From contig CP061211.1 of NCBI GenBank assembly GCA_026016245.1, forward strand, positions 180,001 to 212,000: a stretch of DNA of 32,000 nucleotides, read 5' to 3'. Position numbers and translations under genes: made by a program. The notes beneath the pieces are model-generated. The model had not been told where the DNA came from, did not search any database, and saw only the letters and a program-made list of their open reading frames with translations. Shown here piece by piece: positions 26,123-32,000 of this stretch. Numbering within the stretch: the stretch's first letter is position 1; each line of letters begins with the position of its first letter. This stretch comes from Candidatus Pacearchaeota archaeon (lineage in GTDB: Archaea; Nanobdellota; Nanobdellia; Pacearchaeales; UBA284).

Positions 26123-27211
26123 ATGGAAGACACAGAAAGAGAGAAATTGAAAGAAATTGTGGAAGAATTAGAAGGATATAGAGGCAGACATACAGAGCTT
26201 ATCACTGTCTATGCTTCTGCTGGCTCTAACATCAACCAGATAACTTCACAACTCGCTTCTGAGCAAAGCACTGCCCAGAATATAAAATCAAAAGCTACAA
26301 AAAATAATGTTATTGATGCTCTAGAAAAGATGGTTAGGCATTTAAAGCTATATAAAAAGCTGCCTGAAAATGGTCTTGCCTTATTCTGTGGAAATGTGAG
26401 CAAGAAAGAGGGACAGCCTGACATAAAGATATGGGCAATAGAGCCTCCACAACCACTTAAGACTAAATTCTATAGATGTGACCAGACTTTTGTTCTAGAT
26501 CCATTAAAACAAATGCTGGAGGCTAAAGAAATTTATGGTTTGATTGTTCTTGATAGAAAGGAAGCTACTTTTGGCTTATTAGAAGGTAAGAGTATTAAGA
26601 CCTTAAGACATATAACAAGTGGTGTTCCTGGAAAGCAACGTGCAGGAGGTCAGTCAGCGTTAAGGTTTGAAAGATACAGAGAATCATTAGTAAAAGAATT
26701 TTTTAGACGTATTTCAGAACATGTTAAGGAATTATTTTTTAACAAGCCACGATTACAAAGCTTGCTTGTAGGAGGCCCAGGCCCAGGAAAAGAAGACTGG
26801 TTGAAAGAAGGACAGCTTATTACAGCTCTAAAAAATAAGATTATTGCTGTGAAAGATATTGGATATGCAGATGAGCATGGCTTAGAGCTTTTGGTGGAAA
26901 CAAGCCAAGATATATTAGCAGAAGAGGCTCTAATAAAAGAAAAAGTTCTGCTTGAGAAATTTTTCACAATGCTTGCTAAAGAATCTGAAAAAATAGCTTA
27001 TGGTTCAGAACAAGTGAAAAAAGCTCTCGAGATGGGGGCAGTTGAGAAATTATTAATATCAACTTCAATTGACAAAAAAATCAGGATAGAGCTAGAAAAT
27101 AAAGCAAAAAGTATAGCTGCTGAAGTTCATCTGATTTCAGAGGAGACAGAAGAGGGTATACAGTTTAAAAATCTTAGTGGGATTGGGGCAATATTAAGAT
27201 TTGTGATATAA
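26123..27211 (+). CDS. prf1: Peptide chain release factor aRF1
   Basis: NIKS motif (NIKSKATKNNV), GGQ motif (GKQRAGGQSALRFER), and GGPGPGKEDW. Confidence 0.95.
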   Translation: MEDTEREKLKEIVEELEGYRGRHTELITVYASAGSNINQITSQLASEQSTAQNIKSKATKNNVIDALEKMVRHLKLYKKLPENGLALFCGNVSKKEGQPDIKIWAIEPPQPLKTKFYRCDQTFVLDPLKQMLEAKEIYGLIVLDRKEATFGLLEGKSIKTLRHITSGVPGKQRAGGQSALRFERYRESLVKEFFRRISEHVKELFFNKPRLQSLLVGGPGPGKEDWLKEGQLITALKNKIIAVKDIGYADEHGLELLVETSQDILAEEALIKEKVLLEKFFTMLAKESEKIAYGSEQVKKALEMGAVEKLLISTSIDKKIRIELENKAKSIAAEVHLISEETEEGIQFKNLSGIGAILRFVI

Positions 27212-27219
27212 AAAATAAA

Positions 27220-28308
27220 ATGAAAAGGGAAATTGTGCCTATTTTAAAAAAAATATCTAATCAAGAAGATTTAACAGCTGAAGAAGCAAAAAAAGCTTTT
27301 AAAACTGCATTTTCAGAAAAAGAAGGAGATTATTTTACAGCTTTAAGCATGGGATTGGTGGCAAAAGGGGTGACAAGTAACGAATTATTGGGTTTTTGTA
27401 AAAGTTTTGATAAAATTTATCCAAAAATAGAATTAAAGATAAATGCAACAAATATTATAGATAATAGTGGAACAGGAGGAAGCAAATTAAAAACTTTTAA
27501 TATTAGCACAACTGCTGCTTTTATAATTTCTGCTATAGATATCAGTGTAGCCAAGCAATCATTTTTCTCAGTAACTGGAGTAGGAGGAAGTGCAGACCTT
27601 TTTAGGAATATAGGGATAGACGTAATAAAATTATCTAGGCCTAATACAATTAAAAAAATTATCGAAAAAGTAGGAATTGTTTCATATATTGCAGCATTTC
27701 TTCCTAAACTAAATACAATTCCGGGCCTAATAAATTTTGCAGAAAAACAAAAGGCGGGATTAAAATATATTACACCTCTTCATCTTGCAGCAAATATTTC
27801 TACTCCAATTAAAATGGAAAATAGATTATATGGGGTATTTGATGAAAAATATCTTAATGTTTTAGCAGAACTCTTCCAAAAATTAGATTATAAAAGAGTA
27901 TTATTATTTTGTGGATTAGATGGTATAGATGAAATTTCTAATATAGGAAAAACTAAAATAATAGAAATTAAAAATAATAAAGTAGATACCTATGTAATCT
28001 CTCCTGAAGATATTGGAATTAGAAAAGCCAGATATGAAGATATTAAGGCTATAAGCGCTGAACAAAATGTTATTGATTTTTTAAGAATTTTACATGGAAT
28101 AGAAAACGGACCAAAAAGAGATGTTGTTTTAGTAAACAGCGCAGCTGCTTTTTATATTATGAATAAAGTTAAAACAATTAAGGAAGGGGTAGAATTAGCT
28201 AGAAATTTGTTGGATGAAGGAAAAGCTGCCAATAAACTAAAAGAACTTGTTAATTTTGCTGGAGACATTAAAAAATTAAATAAATGGAAAAAAATAGCGA
28301 AAATATAA
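27220..28308 (+). CDS. Anthranilate phosphoribosyltransferase-like (glycosyltransferase family 3) protein
   Basis: DNSGTGGSKLKTFNISTTAAF and a GGSADLFRNIGIDV-like segment. LDGIDEIS matches the GLDE motif of TrpD. Confidence 0.8.
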   Translation: MKREIVPILKKISNQEDLTAEEAKKAFKTAFSEKEGDYFTALSMGLVAKGVTSNELLGFCKSFDKIYPKIELKINATNIIDNSGTGGSKLKTFNISTTAAFIISAIDISVAKQSFFSVTGVGGSADLFRNIGIDVIKLSRPNTIKKIIEKVGIVSYIAAFLPKLNTIPGLINFAEKQKAGLKYITPLHLAANISTPIKMENRLYGVFDEKYLNVLAELFQKLDYKRVLLFCGLDGIDEISNIGKTKIIEIKNNKVDTYVISPEDIGIRKARYEDIKAISAEQNVIDFLRILHGIENGPKRDVVLVNSAAAFYIMNKVKTIKEGVELARNLLDEGKAANKLKELVNFAGDIKKLNKWKKIAKI

Positions 28309-28309
28309 A

Positions 28310-28804
28310 ATGGCAAAGGATAATGAAAAAGAGTTACTAAAGAAGGTTGAAGCATGCTTATTTCTAGCAGCCAGATATTTGAGTATAGATGATCTTGTTA
28401 GATTCACAAGCATAAATCCCATAATGTTAAGAGAACTGATTGAGAAATTGAAAGAGAGATATGAGGATGGAGAATGTGGGATAGTTATTTTAGAAAGAAA
28501 AGCAGATGAGAAAGAATTCTGGAAAATGGATGTCAAGCAAGAATTTCATTTTCTCATCAATAGGTTAGCTACTGGTGAAAGCGAATTCACAAGCGCAGAG
28601 CAAGAAACTCTGGCAATTGTAGCATATAAACAGCCAATAAAACAAAGTATAGTTGTAAAAATAAGAGGCAATAAGGCTTATGATCATATCAAACATTTCA
28701 TTGATATGGGTTTACTAAGCGCAAGAAAACTCGGCAGAACTAAAGAATTAACAACTTCAAATAAATTTTATGATTATTTTAATTTAAAAAACAAAAAGAG
28801 ATAA
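28310..28804 (+). CDS. scpB: Segregation and condensation protein B-like (ScpB)
   Basis: Two wHTH segments, including FTSAEQETLAIVAYKQPIKQSIVVKIRG and DMGLLSARKLGRTKELTTSNKFYDYF. Confidence 0.85.
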   Translation: MAKDNEKELLKKVEACLFLAARYLSIDDLVRFTSINPIMLRELIEKLKERYEDGECGIVILERKADEKEFWKMDVKQEFHFLINRLATGESEFTSAEQETLAIVAYKQPIKQSIVVKIRGNKAYDHIKHFIDMGLLSARKLGRTKELTTSNKFYDYFNLKNKKR

Positions 28805-28805
28805 A

Positions 28806-29180
28806 ATGTTGATAATCCCTGACACTAATTTTCTAATCTATTTATCAAAATATAAACTATGGCATAATCTAGAGAAAGAATATGGGAGATACAAATTAAT
28901 AGTATTGCCAGAATTGGTTTATGAGCTAGATAAGTTGAGCAAAAGAGGAAAGGATAAAGAATCTGCTTTGCTTGCTCTTGAATTAACCTCCAGAATAACT
29001 AGAATCAGAAAAAGGAAAGGGTATGGTGATAAGGCCATTCTAAAAATAGCTTCAATGTTAAAGAAAAATAAAAAAAGGTTTATTATTGCTACTATGGATA
29101 AAGATTTGATAAAAAAGCTTAAAAAGCAAAATATGAAGATTTTAACTATAAGGCAGAAAAAATATCTGAGGGAAATATGA
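28806..29180 (+). CDS. PIN-domain protein (Fcf1/VapC9-like)
   Basis: PDTNFLIY, ELDKL, GYGDKAI and TMDKDL acidic motifs. Confidence 0.8.
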   Translation: MLIIPDTNFLIYLSKYKLWHNLEKEYGRYKLIVLPELVYELDKLSKRGKDKESALLALELTSRITRIRKRKGYGDKAILKIASMLKKNKKRFIIATMDKDLIKKLKKQNMKILTIRQKKYLREI

Positions 29181-29641
29181 AAAAAATAAAAAAATACAAA
29201 AGATTCAGAAAAGGTATTTTTTGTGTGGTCTATGCCTTACCTCTCAGATATTTACTTTTACACAGGAAGTTACATTGGAAAGGATGGGAATTTCCTAAAG
29301 GAGGAAAGAAAGAAAAAGAAATATTAGAAAATACAGTAAAAAGAGAAGTGAGGGAAGAAACAGGTCTTAAAATAATAAAAATAAAAAGATTTCCAGTAAA
29401 AGGAAAATTTAGATATGATAAAAAGACACAAGAAGAATGGAAAGCAAAAGGCTTCAACTATGTTTTATTTTCATGTAAAGTTAAGAAAGCCAGAGTCAGG
29501 ATTAGTAGGAAAGAACATAATAAATACAAGTGGTATGATTATAATGAAGCTATCAAGCTATTAAAATGGCCTAGTCAGAGAAAAAGCTTGAAAATTGTTA
29601 ATAAGTTTATAAAGCAAGATTTAAAAACGTCTAAAAATTAA
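29177..29641 (+). CDS. Nudix hydrolase
   Basis: Nudix box GGKKEKEILENTVKREVREETGLKI. Confidence 0.92.
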   Translation: MKKIKKYKRFRKGIFCVVYALPLRYLLLHRKLHWKGWEFPKGGKKEKEILENTVKREVREETGLKIIKIKRFPVKGKFRYDKKTQEEWKAKGFNYVLFSCKVKKARVRISRKEHNKYKWYDYNEAIKLLKWPSQRKSLKIVNKFIKQDLKTSKN

Positions 29642-29658
29642 AAATATAATCTTGTAAA

Positions 29659-30288
29659 ATGTTTAAGATTGTTGAGATAAGCGATCATGTCCGCGTAGAG
29701 CCAGAGCTTTTTGGCTTGCCTATTCAGAAAGCTGTAAAGAAACAGCTAGAGAAGACATATGAAAATTATATTGATGAAGAACTTGGGGCTGTAGTAGCTG
29801 TCCTTGAAGTGCTTTCTGTTGGAGAAGGCATACTAATTCCAGGAGATGCAGCTGCTTATTATGATTCTGTTTTCAAGCTTCTAATTTTCAAACCAGAGCT
29901 TCAGGAGCTTGTTTTTGGTAGAATAACACAAATAACAAATTTCGGAGCTTTCATGAATATAGGGGCTTTTGAGGCAATGATACACATAAGCCAAACAATG
30001 GATGATTATGTTTCTTTTAGTAAGTCTGACGCATTAATAGGAAAAAATACTAAGAGAAGTTTAAGAAAAAATGATATATGTTTGGCAAGGATTGTGGCTG
30101 TAAGTTATAAAACAATTCCGCCAAAAATTGGTCTTACAATGAGACAACCAGGTTTAGGTAAGCTGGAATGGATCCAGGAAGATAAGAGGAAAGCAAAATT
30201 AATGGCTGCAAAAGCTGCAAGAGCTGGGGCAAGGGCAGCTGGAGGGAAAACAAAAGCCAGGGGAAAAACTAAAAGAAAAAGAAAATAA
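29659..30288 (+). CDS. rpo7: DNA-directed RNA polymerase subunit Rpo7 (RpoE')
   Basis: SHP-like N-terminus, S1 domain VFGRITQITNFGAFMNIGAFEAMIHISQ, and a basic tail. Confidence 0.93.
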   Translation: MFKIVEISDHVRVEPELFGLPIQKAVKKQLEKTYENYIDEELGAVVAVLEVLSVGEGILIPGDAAAYYDSVFKLLIFKPELQELVFGRITQITNFGAFMNIGAFEAMIHISQTMDDYVSFSKSDALIGKNTKRSLRKNDICLARIVAVSYKTIPPKIGLTMRQPGLGKLEWIQEDKRKAKLMAAKAARAGARAAGGKTKARGKTKRKRK

Positions 30289-30294
30289 TAAAAA

Positions 30295-30480
30295 ATGAAA
30301 AAGAAAAAAGTCTGTAAAAATTGCAAGATTTTCATTGAGGGAGATAAGTGCCCAATATGTCAAGGTACCCAATTTGTGGAGAACTGGAAAGGTCGTGTTA
30401 TAATTACTAATCCAGAAAAATCAGAAATAGCAAAAAAATTAAATATAAAAAAGAGGGGGATTTATGCAATAAAAGCTTAA
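30295..30480 (+). CDS. spt4: Transcription elongation factor Spt4 (RpoE'')
   Basis: Zinc finger CKNCKIFIEGDKCPICQG, then WKGRVIITNPEKSEIAKKLNI, located immediately after rpo7. Confidence 0.92.
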   Translation: MKKKKVCKNCKIFIEGDKCPICQGTQFVENWKGRVIITNPEKSEIAKKLNIKKRGIYAIKA

Positions 30481-30481
30481 G

Positions 30482-30808
30482 ATGGAATTCAAGATAGAAA
30501 AACAGGAGGCTAAGCCTTTGGTAGGAAGAGATGAGATTACTCTAAAAATTACTAAAATAGAAGCCACACCCTCAAATGCTCAGGTTCAGGAAGCTATAGC
30601 AAAATTACTCAATAAAGATAAAGCTTTGATTGTGATAAAGAAGATTCATCAAAAATATGGCATGCATGAAGCCATAGTATCAGCATATGCATACAAAAGT
30701 GAGGAAGATTTTAAGAAATTCGAGGTAAAAAAGAAGAAAGAAAAGGCAGAGGAAAAGAAGGAAGAAAAACCAGCTGAAGAAGAAAAGCCAAAAGAGGAGG
30801 CTAAATAA
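30482..30808 (+). CDS. rps24e: 30S ribosomal protein S24e
   Basis: NPLLGR-like [27 protein letters not shown], and gene order. Confidence 0.92.
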   Translation: MEFKIEKQEAKPLVGRDEITLKITKIEATPSNAQVQEAIAKLLNKDKALIVIKKIHQKYGMHEAIVSAYAYKSEEDFKKFEVKKKKEKAEEKKEEKPAEEEKPKEEAK

Positions 30809-30810
30809 AG

Positions 30811-31059
30811 ATGGGGAAGAAAGGGCCTAAAGTAGTGAAGAAAGGCAAAAAGAAAAGAAAGCCAAAAAAAAGCAGTGAGAGATGGAAAAAGTATAAAATT
30901 GATGGGGGAAAAGCTCAACCAACAGCAAAATTCTGTCCAAGATGCGGGCCAGGTATTTTTTTAGCTGAATCAAAAAATAGATGGTTTTGTGGTAGATGTC
31001 ATTATACTGAATTTAAGTCAAGAGAACAAAAGGAAGAAAAAACTGAAGAGAAGAAATAA
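30811..31059 (+). CDS. rps27ae: 30S ribosomal protein S27ae
   Basis: [27 protein letters not shown] zinc ribbon. Confidence 0.93.
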   Translation: MGKKGPKVVKKGKKKRKPKKSSERWKKYKIDGGKAQPTAKFCPRCGPGIFLAESKNRWFCGRCHYTEFKSREQKEEKTEEKK

Positions 31060-31082
31060 TTCTTTTATTTTTTAAGAAATTG

Positions 31083-31097
31083 AAAACCCTGGGAAAA
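31083..31097. repeat. Copy A of the aaaaccctgggaaaa repeat
   Basis: 15-nt identity with 31826-31840, with partial similarity continuing about 25 nt downstream. Confidence 0.6.
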
Positions 31098-31188
31098 ACT
31101 TACATATTATATATAACTTAGGGATTTTTTCTCCAAAACATCAAATTTATAAAAAGTAGTTCGTTAATTTATAAAAAGAGGAGTTGAA

Positions 31189-31815
31189 ATGAAAATACAA
31201 TCAAAAAAATTTTATGAAAAACTTAGTAAATTTAAAGAAAAGAAAAAGGGTTTGTTGCATTTGTTCTTGGTAAAGAAATTCACATGCATGAACAAGCAGA
31301 TTTTGGATCTTGGATGTGGAAAAGGAGAATTAGCATATTTCTTTGCACAAATGGATAATAAAATTAGGGCAATAGATGTCTCAAAGCCTATGCTAAATTA
31401 TGCAATGTCAGTAAACAAACATAAAAATATTACATATCTTCTACAAGATATTAGATCATTAAAATTAAAGAAAAAATTTGATGTTATTTTTGCAATAAAC
31501 TCTTTGGTTCATATTAAATCGCTTGGTCATTTATTAAGACAAATTTATAGTTTGCTTAAAAAAGACGGCAAGTTTATACTATGCTTTCCACATCCGACAC
31601 AGGATTTGAAAGAAATTAAAGATTATCTCAAAGAACAGTTAATAAGGACTAGGACAAAATTTGGAATTGTTGAACAATATTATCGACCAATTCAATTTTA
31701 CCTGAATTTATTAATCGAAGAAAGATTTGCAATAAACAAGATTTATGAATTTAAACTGAAAAAGGAAAAAATTCCTTTTTTCTTTATTGTGGAATTAAAA
31801 AAGAAGCTAAAATAA
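31189..31815 (+). CDS. Class I SAM-dependent methyltransferase
   Basis: LDLGCGKGELAYFFAQ, AIDVSKPML and FDVIFAINSLVHI motifs. Confidence 0.9.
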   Translation: MKIQSKKFYEKLSKFKEKKKGLLHLFLVKKFTCMNKQILDLGCGKGELAYFFAQMDNKIRAIDVSKPMLNYAMSVNKHKNITYLLQDIRSLKLKKKFDVIFAINSLVHIKSLGHLLRQIYSLLKKDGKFILCFPHPTQDLKEIKDYLKEQLIRTRTKFGIVEQYYRPIQFYLNLLIEERFAINKIYEFKLKKEKIPFFFIVELKKKLK

Positions 31816-31825
31816 AAGAATTATA

Positions 31826-31840
31826 AAAACCCTGGGAAAA
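31826..31840. repeat. Copy B of the aaaaccctgggaaaa repeat
   Basis: Exact 15-nt match to 31083-31097. Confidence 0.6.
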
Positions 31841-31859
31841 TTCTCTACATTATGTGGAA

Positions 31860-32000
31860 CTATTTTTTAAAGATTTTGCCCCTATGTTCAAATCGCCATA
31901 ACACAAGGGTGCTGTCTTGTATCGAAAAAATAAGTCTGAATGGAGTGATCCTAACTTCTTTTGCCCCAGCAAATCCATAATGCAATGGTTTGCCAATGCT
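31860..32000 (-). CDS. C-terminal part of a RelE/ParE-superfamily toxin-like protein (truncated by the window edge)
   Basis: Reverse-strand frame reads SIGKPLHYGFAGAKEVRITPFRLIFSIQDSTLVLWRFEHRGKIFKK*. The GKPL...R+..R+IF.I....L....HRG..YK pattern is typical of RelE-like proteins. Not listed in the supplied ORF track. Confidence 0.65.
   Translation of the reverse strand, partial: SIGKPLHYGFAGAKEVRITPFRLIFSIQDSTLVLWRFEHRGKIFKK

Overview
The window looks like an ordinary chromosomal segment from a small-genome, fast-evolving archaeon, probably DPANN (Woesearchaeota/Pacearchaeota-like). That placement is inferred from gene content and was not searched. Recognisable genes are aIF2-gamma, a JAMM/MPN protease, a bacterial-type Lgt, a metallophosphoesterase, RNase P Pop5/Rnp2, ValRS, a B12-binding-type radical SAM protein, a NitT/TauT-type substrate-binding lipoprotein, a TrmB-type regulator, an HTH-MNT/HEPN-like pair, aRF1, a TrpD-like enzyme, ScpB, PIN, Nudix, Rpo7, Spt4, S24e, S27ae, a methyltransferase and the end of a RelE-like toxin. 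A 16S - tRNA-Ala(TGC, with intron) - 23S locus lies at about 6.95-11.65 kb. No 5S is seen directly after it. The points most worth following up are: (1) base changes at near-universal rRNA positions, including the peptidyl-transferase/exit-tunnel residues equivalent to E. coli 2059, 2499, 2503, 2504 and 2552; (2) a tightly packed four-gene cluster of unknown function at 11786-16299, containing a radical-SAM/SPL-like CxxCYA protein, a protein with an internal tandem duplication, an HTH plus PD-(D/E)xK-like nuclease candidate, and a large helical protein; (3) Lgt plus a lipobox-bearing substrate-binding protein in an archaeon; (4) a TrpD homologue with an altered substrate motif. No CRISPR array or complete mobile element is visible. 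All homology calls come from motif recognition by eye, and no search was run.
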